Shown here: positions 1 to 12,091 of the stretch, piece by piece
Layout of the letters: every line of letters begins with the position of its first letter
Numbering within the stretch: position 1 is the first letter of the stretch
NCBI RefSeq assembly: GCF_006345805.1
Contig: NC_043000.1
Location: forward strand, 125,116,001 to 125,180,000
Length of the DNA: 64,000 nucleotides
Reading direction: 5' to 3'
Source of the DNA: Octopus sinensis
Lineage: Eukaryota
Position numbers and translations under genes: made by a program
Notes under the pieces: generated by a model
Databases searched by the model: none
Told to the model about the DNA's origin: nothing
The model's input: only the letters and a program-made list of their open reading frames with translations

Positions 1-31
1 ACATAAATACACACATACACACACACATATA

Positions 32-194
32 GGTGCAGGAGTGGCTGTGTAGTAAGAAGCTTGCTTCCCAACCACAAGGTTCTAGGTTCAGTCCCACTGT
101 GTGGAACCTTGAGCAAGTGTCTTCTACTATAACCTTGGGACGACCAAAGCCTAGCGAATGGATTAGGTAGATGGAAACTGAAAGAAGCCTGTCG

Positions 195-231
<37 letters not shown>

Positions 232-447
232 GTATGTATTTATGCATCTGTTTTTGTCCCCCTACCATTTCTTGACAACCGATGTTGGTGTGTTTATGTC
301 TCTGTAACTTGGCAGTTCAACCTTAGAGACTGATAGAATAAGTACCAGGCTTACAAAGAATAAGTCCTGGGGTTGATTTGTTTGACTAAAGGTGGTGCTC
401 AGGCATGGCTGCAGTCAAATGACTGAAACAAGTAAAAGAATAAAAGA
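32..447 (+). mobile_element. tRNA-headed SINE family A (bipartite, internal (TA)n/(TG)n microsatellite)
   Basis: Head GCAGGAGTGGCTGTGTAGTAAG...GGTTCAGTCCCACTG (A/B-box-like), CCTTGAGCAAGTGTCTT core, internal TA tract, 3' half ending GACTGAAACAAGTAAAAG. Over 15 homologous copies or halves in the window. Confidence 0.85.
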
Positions 448-1599
448 ATATATGCGTGAGTGTGTGTGTGTGTATACACAAATACATATATACAAACATA
501 GATACCTGAATAGTTCCATGTTTGTGGGATGTCTGTAGTATATAAACATCAAATGCTTCAAATGACATCACGGTATTAATTTTAAATATGGTGTGGTTTT
601 TCTTTTTACTTTTCTCATATTTTTTGTTTTTGTTTTTGTTTTTATTTTTAATAAAATAAATATTTAGTGTGAAAGCAGTTTCATTATTGTTTCATTCATT
701 TTTAGTATAAAATAAATTGATTATTTTGGGAAAAAGAAACTGGGAGAGAGCACCTTTGATGCCTTAGAGTCAGCAGGGTAACTTGGGTTTTTCTGTGTCG
801 CCAAGGGTTCCCTCCAAATTATTCTAGGTGGCCTACCCTGTACTGGGGGAACTCTTAATTGAGATTTCTCTTGGTTGCAGAAAGGAAATCAAAACCTAGT
901 GGTCATTATTAGCAATTCTTAAAGAAAGGGGGAGATAATTTCAAAAGATTGAGCACTACTTTGACAGCAGCCTCACATTTACACCTTTTACATTTTTTGG
1001 TGAAATAGGTTACATTAACAAATATTTTATCTTGTAACTTTGAAATATTAAGATCCCCAGATAATAAAATTGAAAAAAGCAAGAAAGAAACAAATAAATA
1101 AATTCTCAATGTTATTCTGAAAATACAGTGTACTGTAAAAATAAGCAAAATGTCCCCAGAACAGAGGATGACAGGATAAGTTATCCACCAGGATAATGTA
1201 GTTAGAATGGCAATAAAATAACATTGCTTCTTAGAAACAGGCTCTTTTATTTATTTACTTGCTTGTTGGCTTATTTATTTATTTTGCTTTCACTGGAGAA
1301 GACAAAGAAGAATATATAAAGTTAGAGAAGACAGTTCACTAGAAATATTAACCAAAAGTAATTTTACTATTTGACAGATCTGTTAGCATCCATTTTGTGT
1401 AACTTTCTTGGACTGTGTAGACATTGTCACTTGTTTCATGTTTCTTTCTTATTTGATGCAGACATCTCTTTGATATTTACACAGAAAACACCATTTTACT
1501 TTTGTTTTTCTCTTTTGTTTTTGTTTTTTTTGTCTATTTGATCCACTGGTTTAGTAGAGTGTTTTTTTTTAGCTCTTATCTGTTGTCCACAATGTCTAG

Positions 1600-1604
1600 T
1601 GCAG

Positions 1605-1650
<46 letters not shown>

Positions 1651-1672
1651 TGATGTAAAAGTAAGCAGTGGG

Positions 1673-1711
<39 letters not shown>

Positions 1712-1755
1712 TATATATATATATCATGAAAATATATATATATATATATATATAT

Positions 1756-1796
<41 letters not shown>

Positions 1797-1813
1797 CAAA
1801 CAGACATATAGAC

Positions 1814-1844
<31 letters not shown>

Positions 1845-1899
1845 TAGACAGACAGACAGACAGATAGATAGACAGATAGATAGATAGATAGATAGATAG

Positions 1900-1935
<36 letters not shown>

Positions 1936-1941
1936 CAAATG

Positions 1942-2019
<78 letters not shown>

Positions 2020-2050
2020 GAGATAGATAGATAGATAGATAGATAGAAAT
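1600..2050. repeat. Compound (TA)n/(GATA)n/(GACA)n microsatellite
   Basis: Directly visible tetranucleotide arrays. Confidence 0.95.
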
Positions 2051-2508
2051 AGAGACAGTGAGGAAGGAAGGGAGGGTGGGGGTAACGTGTAAAAATGAGA
2101 TAGAGATGTTGAGAATGAGAAGATGTGACAGAGAGACTTGATAAAAGAGATGTGAAGCATAAGGGATGGAGAAAATAATGAAGGTGTAGAAGATGAAGTG
2201 AAGAGGAAGAGGAAAAGAGGAGAAAGTGAGTGTTGGAGAAAATTAGAAAGTGGAATAAAGGATTAGATTGACAAAGGAAAGGGAAGACCTAGAGTATAAG
2301 TGAAAGAAAGGATGAAAGTAAATTAGAAGAGATAAGAGAGATATTGAGTTTAAAGAAGTTGAGAGAGTGAGTGAAAGGAAGAGAGAGAGAGAGAAACAAA
2401 GAGAGAGGAAGAGAGGGAAAAGCAGTTAAAAGTGACAGGATGAAAAAGATAAGATGGATCCAGTGAGAAAAAAGTGATGAGGACCAAGATAGATAGGCAG
2501 ATTGTTTG

Positions 2509-2543
<35 letters not shown>

Positions 2544-2821
2544 ATGGGAGAGAGAGAGAGAAAAAATAGAGAGAGAATGTGTGTGTGTGTGTGTGCATAA
2601 AATAAAGGCACATAGAAATTGAGAGGCCGTGTGTGTGTGTGTGTGTGTGGTGTGTGTGTGTGTGTGTGTGTGTGTGTGCATGTGTGTATGCTGTGCACAA
2701 CTGTGTTTGACTGTTTCCAAATTTTTCTTTGTGACATACCTTTGGAATAAGCATTCCCTCCTGTTACACCAAATTTTTCTTATTGGCAAGAATTAGATTT
2801 AAATAAAGCAAACACAAACAA

Positions 2822-3154
2822 TGGTGCAGGAGTGGCTGTGTGGTAAGTGGCTTGCTTACCAACCACATGGGTCTGGGTTCAGTCCCACTGTGTGGCACCT
2901 TGGGCAATAATCTTCTACTATAGCCTCGGTGTAACAGGAGGGAATGCTTATTCTAAAGGTATGTCACAAAGAAAAATTTGGAAACAGTCAAACACAGTTG
3001 TGCACAGCATACACACACACGCACACACACACACACACACATTCTCTCTCTATTTTTTCTCTCTCTCTCTCTCCCATTCTCTCTCTATAGGCCGACCAAA
3101 GCCTAGCGAGTGGATTTGGTAGACGGAAACTGAAAGAAGCCTGTCGTATATATG

Positions 3155-3227
<73 letters not shown>

Positions 3228-3395
3228 TATATATATATACACACATATATGTGTGTGTGTCTGTGTTTGTCCCCCACCCAATGCTGGTGTGTTTGCAACC
3301 CTGTAACTTAGTGGTTTACTAGGCTTACAAAGAACAAGTCCAGGGGCTCCAGCATGGCCCCAGTCAAATGACTGAAACGAATAAAAAAGTAAAAG
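2822..3395 (+). mobile_element. SINE family A copy interrupted by an inverted copy of nearby flanking DNA
   Basis: Same head and tail as other A copies. Bases 2928-3084 are the reverse complement of parts of 2535-2770. Confidence 0.85.
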
Positions 3396-3681
3396 AATAA
3401 TAGCAAAACTACATCTTCTCATGCACCATGATCTCTCTGCAATCTACCCCCTCCCCATCACAGGTTTTGTCATATCATATTTGTCTCTCCTGGCCCTCCC
3501 CTATTGCCACCTGCCAACTCTATCCCTGCTATTCTGCCACTCCCCTATATTCTCATGTTCATCACTCACTGTGTTCCCCTTCCTGTCCCCTCTATAATCC
3601 ACACCCCTTTTACACCCATGTGAATTCCTTGCTCACTCCTCCTATCCAATCCTCTGTGCGACTCCATTTACATTTATCATC

Positions 3682-4270
3682 ATCATCATCATCATCATCA
3701 TTTAACGTCCGCTTTCCATGCTAGCATGGGTTGGACGGTTCAACTGGGGTCTGGGGAGCCGAAGGCTGCACCAGGCCAGTCAGATCTGGCAGTGTTTCTA
3801 CAGCTGGATGCCCTTCCTAACGCCAACCACTCCGAGAGTGTAGTGGGTGATTTTATGTGCCACCGACACAGGTACCAGACGAGGCTGGCGAACGGCCACG
3901 CTCGGATGGTGTTTTTATGTGCCACCGACACAGGTGCCAGACGAGGCTGGCGAACGGCCACGCTTGGATAGTGTTTTTATGTGCCACCGACACAGCTGCC
4001 AGACGAGGCTGGCGAATGGCCACGCTCGGATGGTGTTTTTATGTGCCACTGACACAGGTGCCAGACGAGGCTGGCGAACGGCCACACTCGGATGGTATTT
4101 TTATGTGTCACCGACACAGGTGCCAGACAAGGCTAGCAGACGACCACGCTCGGATGGTGTTTTTTATGTGCCACCGACACAGGAGCCAGATGAGGCTGGC
4201 GATCGGCCACGATCGGATGGTGATTGTTACGTGCCCGAAGTGGCCAATGACAGCACGACCTGACTGGCAC
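3682..4270 (-). mobile_element. RTE-LINE 3' tail repeat (family C), with expanded internal minisatellite
   Basis: (CAT)n followed by TTTAACGTCCGCTTTCCATGCTAGCATGGGTTGGACGG...GGATGCCCTTCCTAACGCCAACC, the reverse of the (GAT)n-tailed repeat that follows an RTE ORF2 end at 37498. Confidence 0.8.
3855..4228 (+). repeat. 62-bp minisatellite, 6 units
   Basis: Unit ATGTGCCACCGACACAGGTGCCAGACGAGGCTGGCGAACGGCCACGCTCGGATGGTGTTTTT starts at 3855, 3917, 3979, 4041, 4103 and 4166. Confidence 0.95.
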
Positions 4271-4289
4271 CCGTGCCAGAGGAGCATTA

Positions 4290-4720
4290 AAATAAATATC
4301 TGAGCATGATCATTGCTAGAGCCACTGACAGGCTCCCATACTGGTGGCACATAAAATGCACCATTCGGGTGTGATCATTACCAGTGTTGCCTTATTGGCA
4401 CGTGAGAAACAACATTCAAGTGAGGTCATTACCAGTGCTGCTGGACTGGCTCCTGTACAGGTGGCACATAAAAAAGCACCATTTGAGCGTGGCCGTTGCC
4501 AGTACCACCTGACTGGCCCTCGTGCCAGTGGCACATAAAAAGCAACCACTACACTCTCAGAGTGGTTGGTGTTAGGAAGGGCATCCAGCTGTAGAAACTC
4601 TGCCAGATCAGATTGGAACCTGGTGCAGCCTTCTGGCTTGCCAGTCCTCAATCAAACCATCCAATCCATGCCAGCATGAAAAGCGGACATTAAATGATGA
4701 TGATAATGATGATGATGATG
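4290..4720 (+). mobile_element. Family C (RTE 3' tail) copy, inverted relative to 3682-4270
   Basis: GTGGCAC units, GGTTGGTGTTAGGAAGGGCATCCAGCTGTAG, ends AAAGCGGACATTAAATGATGATGAT. Confidence 0.8.
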
Positions 4721-6599
4721 AACTAGTACCTTGAGGGGACACCCTGATACATCTTCACATCCCATTCTCTTTCTCCCTCTCTCCCTCTCTCTCTCTTTCT
4801 CTCTCTCTCTCTCCTCTGACTGAGGTAACCATGTAACTATCTCCTCAACAGCAAGAAATTTCTTTCTGCCCTTCTACTGTAGTTTAATCTCACATCAATC
4901 AACACAAAGCCAACTCTCTCAATACTACACCCCCTCTCAGTTGTGGGGCCTTTGTGTTTTGCATATTACATGGTAACCTCACTGGTACAAGTGCCATCAG
5001 AAAAGCACCCACAGGCTGGGCACCCAAGCATAAGAAACATACCAAAGCAGACAGAAGAATTTGACGCAGTCCTTTGGCTAGCCAGCCCCTACCAAACCAT
5101 CTAACCAGCATGGAAAATGGAAAGTAAATGATGATGATGATGATGATGGTGATAAGAACGTTTTTTTTAGCAGTTGTTGATTCATCATGAAGAAGACTTC
5201 TTAAAATTTTATAAATACTTAAATTTTGATAGCCTACTTCGTCTGTGATAAAGAAATATTAATATTCTAAGTACAGATTAGATTAATCTTGGTCTAATAA
5301 ATATTTTAAATTTCAGTACTGATAAACCATCTTCAATTATGTATGCAGCATAAATTGCCTAGAAAAGAATGGACTTAGAGGATTAAGCCTCGATCCAGAA
5401 TGTAATCTTAAGTAATTATATAAAGTCAGTGAGAAGCGTAGGCTTGTTTTTTGTCTGGTAATCACATGCCATATTTATTTGTATATAAGTAACACTCATG
5501 TGTAAGCTGCACTCATAAGTTGCACGTGTGTATAAGTTGTACTCGTAAGTTACACTCATGTGTAAGCTATACCCTTGATTTAGTGTTAAATCTTGGTACA
5601 AAATCTGATGATATTAGGGGATGCATTCTATGCCTTGACCTGAGTATAGAACAGGGTTCACCCCTTTGAGCTGGGAAGTGAATGAAATGCCTGATGTGTG
5701 TCTTGTGGCTACCCCCTCCTAAAAATAAAATGGAGGATAGGCCTGGGTATATAGGTATATGGGTATATTTACAAAATCTTAATCCCCTATCCTTTGTGGT
5801 TTTAACTTTCCTCTGAAATATTAGTTCCTGGATTTTAGAATTCAGGAATTGAAACTGCATCCTGAATGATTCTGTAAGCTTCTTTCCTTTGTTTTTTGTT
5901 TTTTTGATTTGTACTCAGAGATTTTTTTATGAGTCAACTTTTTGACCATCTTGGGCCAAGATCATCCACTTAGCCCCTGTACTACAAGATGCCCATTCTC
6001 TTCTGGCCCCTTTTTTCATACATTATCATATCTTCTAGCATAAAGCTGTTTTCCTTTCTTCTGCAACCCCACTCACTCAAAAGGGACCTTAGTCTCACAA
6101 ACTGCATGGCAATCTCACTGATGCTGGTGTGCAAGAAGAAAAAGCATCCAGTGCACTCTACAAAGTAGTTGGCATTAGGAATCACATCCAGCTGTAAAAG
6201 CTATGCTAAAGCAGAGATTAGAGCATGGTGCAGTCCTCAGACCTATTGCATCCTGTCAAACTGTCCAACCCACGTCAGCATGGAAGATGGACATTAAAAT
6301 AAATGATGATGATATTGCCAGGTGTGCACGCCAATCGTTCTCATCCAGTTAATGGTATAATGGGTTCCTTTATTGTTTTTAAAATTTTCCGCATTCCTTC
6401 TTCAGTTCCAACTCCTAAATCAAAGTTTTTCCATGGAACAGTCAACAATTCTCCTAGTGAAGTATATTTGTTAGGTATTAGTGTAATGATTTTATATATT
6501 TAGAGAAATTATTTTTATGGAGTCCCCAATGTGCAAACATTGAAAACAACTCCATATAGTTCTTTGTGTAAAATCAGTATCAGTCAATATTATACCTGG

Positions 6600-7290
6600 A
6601 TTTTTCTGTTTAATTACAATTGCTGAGCCTCCCTTGGTGCTCTGTATAAACCGCAACACATAAAATCCCATTAAATCTCAACCATTTCCAAATACTCAGA
6701 CAAGATTTGAAAAATATCATTTCTAGTAGGTTCGTCAAATTCCTGGCAAAATAGAAACCATGTGAATATTTTGTTGTTGTGAATGAATTGATAGAGGCAG
6801 CCAGCTGTGCTTTTTCACTAATGTCAGTCAATACATCAACACGAATAGCAAATTTAGAATTCTTTATACTTTCAAAAAAACTCATCTCAATATTAGCTGA
6901 TACATCAGCTATCCTTCTCTGTATTGTATTCTCAGACAAAGCAATTTTCATAATTTTTTGCTCAGCATCATCACCACACAACGAAAATGCTTGCAGGCTG
7001 AATCAATTCTTCTGCTATTGTATATTGTTTTGTCTACTTAGGAATCAATTCAGCCACTTGCTAAGACACAATCTGCATATTACCTGAGACTGAAACTTGT
7101 TTTTTTACTGTCCAAAATGTCTTTCAAAATAATGAACATCCTTGTTTGTCAGATGTTCGTATTTTTATCACAGACTCTCTTTTTGTCTTGCTTGGACCTG
7201 TATTGGAAATGGATAACTACAGTCAACAGCATAGACATATTCACTTGTTCATATTTTCATCTTCCATCCATGAGAATTCAAGATTTTTGT
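6600..7290 (-). pseudogene. Decayed hAT (Buster/Charlie/ZBED5-like) transposase fragment
   Basis: ORF 6610-6981 contains IALSENTIQRRIADVSANI...KFAIRVDVLTDIS..AQL, matching the hAT SxNTVxRRI and FSLQxDESTD motifs. Upstream frame gives QYTIAEELIQPA. Confidence 0.8.
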
Positions 7291-7402
7291 AGCTATCCAT
7301 TGATCCATTGATCCATTTTCATCACCCACTATTCCTGGGAGTGCTGTAGGAGCAGAGTCCTCAGACACTTCTGCAGGGTCTTATCAGAAGCAACTGTCAT
7401 TA

Positions 7403-7559
7403 CTCTGTTGTGTCTGGGGAGAGTCATTTTCTTTTTGTGCCTTATAATGTAACACACTCACTGGTAAAATTACCACTTATTTCTTATTTGTATTGTCCCA
7501 AAATTTTCGTTGTGTCTTGCAACCTTTTCAATAGTCTTGACTCCCCAGACACAACAGAA
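7403..7559. mobile_element. MITE with TA flanks (Tc1/mariner-type)
   Basis: TA|CTCTGTTGTGTCTGGGGAGAGTCA at left and TGACTCCCCAGACACAACAGAA|TA at right: about 22-bp imperfect TIRs. Confidence 0.7.
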
Positions 7560-7609
7560 TATGCTTCAACACACGAACTCATATAAAGAATCTTGCAAAC
7601 CAAATCCAA

Positions 7610-7960
7610 AAACGAAATGTCATTACTCTTTCCTGCTGGAGTCTCAAGCATGACCAACTGAAACCATGGATATTATCCAATCATCGTGTTCTTGGTCTAC
7701 CCCTAGGCCTCCTCTTTGTAGGCTCAGCTTCAAGAATCTGTCTTGTGATCCTTTCCTGTAGCATTCTAACCACTTGTCTGTGATACTAGAGCCATGACCT
7801 TCCAATGCAAAGAAGTAACAGCTTAACCTTGTGAGACTCCCTGATCTCTGTTTTATGCACCCTCTTAAGTAACATTACTCCAGAGAACCTTCAAAGGAAT
7901 CCCTTTTCAGCCCCTTCTATTTGCAATTGTACTCTTCTGGCCATTGCCCAACTCTTTTAC
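7610..7960 (-). mobile_element. RTE-clade LINE ORF2 C-terminal fragment
   Basis: Minus-strand translation PTKRRPRGRPRTR*LDNIHG matches the RTE C-terminal RGRPRxRW motif. Confidence 0.7.
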
Positions 7961-7964
7961 TATT

Positions 7965-8310
7965 TACTCTTTTACTTGTTTCATTCATTGACTGCAGCCA
8001 TGCTGGAGCACTGCCTTTTGTCGAGCAAATTGACCCCAGGACTTATTCTTTGTAAGCCTAGTATTTATTCTATCAGTCTCTTTTACTGAACTGCTAAGTT
8101 ACAGGGACGTAAACACACACACACCTATATATACATATACATATATACGACAGGCTTCTTTCAGTTTCCGTCTACTAAATCCACTCACAAGGCTTTGGTC
8201 GGCCTGAGACTACAGTGGAAGACACTTGCCCAAGGTGTCACACAGTAGGACTGAACCCGGAACCATGTGGTTCATAAGCAAGCTACTTACTACACAGCCA
8301 CTCCTGCACA
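7965..8310 (-). mobile_element. SINE family A copy
   Basis: Full reverse-complement match to the A consensus. Confidence 0.85.
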
Positions 8311-9284
8311 ACATTCATGATTTAAATGAAGATAGGCACAAAAACTAAATTGAAGATAACAAGTTTGACTTTTTCTACCAACTTCTCTTTTTCTGAAACA
8401 TGAATGCTAAAATTGTCAAGTTACAATCTCAACACCTGCAATTTTGGCATCCATTGATTATCAACAAAGTTTTATTTTTTGGGAAGTTATGCTTTGGTTT
8501 ACTAATTACTTAAATTTCAATAGCTTGTCTTCAGTGCTCTGCTCTATTGTTGGTTCTAATTCACTTCATGAACTCGAATCATCTTCAGCATCGTTTGTTT
8601 TGGAGAAATATTTATCTATGATCCATGAAAATGGGGGGAAAAATTATTTTGTTTGTAATACTAAAGCATAAATTTTAGTGAATAAATGTGATTTTCTATG
8701 CATCTTCCTGCCACAATTGTCATCTTTTCACACTGCATCAGTATGTGACTCGCTGCACCCTTGGGAGCCATTGTATTATAAGGAGAACATACAACACAAA
8801 CAAACAAACAAACACACACACACACAGTTGTGCATATGAGGAGAAATGATAATAAGGAAGACATTTATTTTATATCAGCTCCTACTTTACTCAACTGATA
8901 ACAATTCTCATACACATGTGATATTGTCTGCAAATCATTGATATATCTAAATGGAAAGCAATGATGGCGAAAACATAAAAGAACTATAGAACATGATATC
9001 GCAGAAGGACTTTTTTTCTTTCAGAAAATAGCCAGAAGAGACATATTACCAGTTTAAAATGGGGAAAGTAAAAGTTCCAATTACAAGTGCAATGTGACTG
9101 AAATATGATTCCTTTTGTCTATTTTTTGTTCTTTTTTTGGGGGGGGGGGTTGTTGGTTATTGTTTTTTTTTTATAAATGTTCAGTTTTGCTTTTAAAAAA
9201 CAAACAAAACAAAAAGCAAAACAATATAGATGCGAAATGTTTTTACATCCATCCAACATTAGACAACATGGCTGCTAAGATAAA

Positions 9285-9381
9285 AGTAAATGTGCTTAAC
9301 TACTACTACTACTACTACTACTACAACCACCACCCACCACTACAACTACTACTACTACTACTACTACAACCACCACCCACC

Positions 9382-9441
<60 letters not shown>

Positions 9442-9470
9442 TCTGCTGCTACTGTTGCTGCTGCTGCTAG
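9285..9470. repeat. (CTA)n/(CCA)n/(CTG)n compound microsatellite
   Basis: Visible trinucleotide arrays. Confidence 0.95.
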
Positions 9471-9743
9471 AGGCTCTTTGTGCAAGTGTTCATCAAGCAA
9501 GAAATAGCAGCTGAGACTCTCTCACATGACAGACTTCAATATCATGAAAACAGGAAGGACACACTAGATAATGTTGTCATTGATACGTAGTCCTACATCT
9601 AAGAAGGAAGGAAAAGCTGGGGCGGTTAAGAATGGAAACCTTTGAAAGTAGGACGCCTGGATCAAGGTTGAATAAGAGCTAAAAAAAACTACTACCGCTG
9701 CTACTACTATTACTGTCATCAACGCTACAACTGCTACTACTAC

Positions 9744-10194
9744 TATGTGGTCATTTTCAAGCACTGGGGGTGGTTTGTGTTCCCACCAGTTTTTTCATGG
9801 GGCAAATCCAGGTTTTTGCAAATTACCCAGTGAATATATTGTGCAGCTCTATCATGCCTGTTGAGGTACTCTGTAGGCGCTAGAAGACTGCATTTGGAGA
9901 CAACATGATCAATGGTTTCATTTTGTTGTCAGCATACACGACATGTTGGGCTACTGCCATTCTTTAATATGTTGGCCTGGTAGTTTCTTGTTGGTAGGCA
10001 TTGATCTTGAGCTGCTATGATAAACCCTTCTGTTTCAGATTTTAAGCCAGAGGCCATTAGCCATTGATGGGTCAGGGCTTTGTCAATATTTGCATTATTC
10101 GCTCTCTTTGGGTATTTGCCATAGAGAGGTTTTTCTTGCCATTTATTATTCAGAATATCTAAGGCCGCAGTTTTGGCACGGGTTTTCATGTGCC
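9744..10194 (-). mobile_element. R4/Dong-clade non-LTR retrotransposon fragment (post-RT region and CCHC knuckle)
   Basis: KWQEKPLYGKY...WLMASGLKSETEGFIIAAQDQCLPTRNY...CRVC*QQNETIDHVVSKC...EYLNRHDRAAQYIHW. Starts right at an (AAT)n run. Confidence 0.85.
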
Positions 10195-10410
10195 TTATTA
10201 TTATTATTATTTGTCTTCCTGCCATTTTTTCTTTACCTTTGTATGCTATGCATATGTCCCTTCTTTTACAGTGTATACTGTGTATACTTACTTTTTTTCT
10301 TTTTTTATCATTTCATTATTATATGTAAACCTCCACACTTTATGTCTGTTTCTGTATTGTCCCTCTTATTCTTCGCCCTGGTAGCAAATAAATTAAATCA
10401 TTATTATTAT

Positions 10411-10815
10411 TTTATGTTTGACTTTTGCTTTACATTTGTACAAGTTGGCTCCAAGTTTCACCCAGAGACCTCAAGAGACAACAAGTTAGAAATTCATGTT
10501 GATGTTATGCCTAGGGCGCCATTTGGTTTTGTACATAGTATTGTTCTAGAGAATGTTTAAGAAACCATAAGAAAATTATGTGTTTGTTTTAGAATTTGAG
10601 ATTACATAGACAGTATTTTACATAGGATAAGAGCAGATCCCATGAGCACTATCTTTTGAATTTCTGCCATTTTGGTGTTTCCTGGTATCTGAGCCAGGTA
10701 GCAATCAGGCCCTTTTGCTATCATTCTTAAGGCACCTATGACAACAGGTATTGTTTTAGTCTTTAGGTTCCACATTTTACTAATTTCTATTTCAAGATCT
10801 TTATACTTGCTCAGT
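10411..10815 (-). mobile_element. R4/Dong-clade 3' end (RLE C-terminus and 3' UTR)
   Basis: Minus translation LSKYKDLEIEISKMWNLKTKTIPVVIGALRMI...IQKIVLMGSALILCKILSM*. (TAA)n tracts on both sides. Confidence 0.85.
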
Positions 10816-10820
10816 TATTA

Positions 10821-10867
<47 letters not shown>

Positions 10868-10869
<2 letters not shown>

Positions 10870-11203
10870 AGCACATGGCTCAGTGGTTAGAGTGTTGAGC
10901 TTACAATCACGAGGTTGTGAATTTGAATCCTGGACTGGGCTGTGTGTTGTGTTCTTGAGCAAGACACTTTATTTCATGTTGCTCTAGTTCACTCAACTGT
11001 AGAAATGAGTTGCAATGTCACAGGTGTCAAGCTGTATTAGTCTTTTCCTTTCCCTTGGATAACATTGGTGGCATGGAGAGGGAAGGCCGGTATGCATGGG
11101 CGACTGCTGGTCTTCCATAATCAACCTTACCCGGACTTGTGCCTGGGAGGGTAACTTTCTAGGTGCAATCCCATGGTCAGTCATGTCCGAAGGGCAATCT
11201 CAG
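10868..11203 (+). mobile_element. tRNA-headed SINE family E
   Basis: TGGCTCAGTGGTTAGAG (A box), TTTGAATCC (B-box-like), GTGTTCTTGAGCAAGACACTTTATTTCA core. Related copies near 31480-31780 and 39480-39690. Confidence 0.7.
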
Positions 11204-11204
<1 letters not shown>

Positions 11205-11248
<44 letters not shown>

Positions 11249-11289
11249 CATTATTATTATTATTATTATGATTATCATCATTATTATTA

Positions 11290-11327
<38 letters not shown>

Positions 11328-11331
11328 ATTA

Positions 11332-11413
<82 letters not shown>

Positions 11414-11437
11414 GATTATCATCATTATTATTATCAT

Positions 11438-11469
<32 letters not shown>

Positions 11470-11486
11470 ATTATTATTATTATTAT
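11205..11486. repeat. Long (ATT)n array with interruptions
   Basis: Visible array; the ATGATTATCATC interruption recurs, suggesting internal duplication. Confidence 0.95.
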
Positions 11487-11835
11487 GGCAACAAATTGGC
11501 AGAATCATTAATGCGCTGGATGAAATGCTTAGTGATATTTTGCCTGTCGCTACGTTCTGAGTTCAAATTCTGTGGAGGTAGACTTCACATTTTCATCTTT
11601 TGGAGTTAATAAAACAAATACCAGAGCTGGCAAAAATCGTTAGCACACCAGCCAAAATGCTTAGTTGCATTTCATCCGTCACTATACCACTATGTTTTGT
11701 GTTCAAATTTCACCAAGGTTGATTTTGCTTTTCATCCTTTTGGGCCCGATAAATTAAGTGCCTGTGAAACACTGGGGTTCATTGTAATTAACTAGGCCTT
11801 TCCCCAAGTTTCAGGTCTTGTGCTTTTAGAAAGGA
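11487..11835 (+). mobile_element. SINE family B (MetaSINE-like central domain), two tandem degenerate units
   Basis: CTGGCAGAA..TTAGCA..GAAATGCTTAG...TTCTGAGTTCAAATT...CTTTCATCCTTT...ATAAATTAAGT. The central part resembles the Meta domain of Sauria-type SINEs (from memory). Confidence 0.7.
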
Positions 11836-11884
11836 TTATTATTATTAATCAGTAGAAGGGACTCAAATTCTTTAAGTTTCTTGC

Positions 11885-12048
11885 AGGAGTGGCTGTGTGG
11901 TAAGTAACTTGCTTACCAACCACATGGTTCCAGGTTCAGTCCCACTGCGTGGCACCTTGGGTAAGTGTCTTCTCCTATAGCCTCGGGCTGACCAAAGCCT
12001 TGTGTGTGGATTTGGTAGATGGAAACTGAAAGAAGCCCGTCATATATA

Positions 12049-12091
<43 letters not shown>

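Noticed and set aside
3855-4228. CRISPR-like array
   Set aside because: Contiguous 62-bp units without unique spacers, eukaryotic context, no cas genes.
8340-8640. Possible N-terminus of the hAT transposase on the minus strand
   Set aside because: Multiple stops and no diagnostic BED or hAT motif; cannot be supported.
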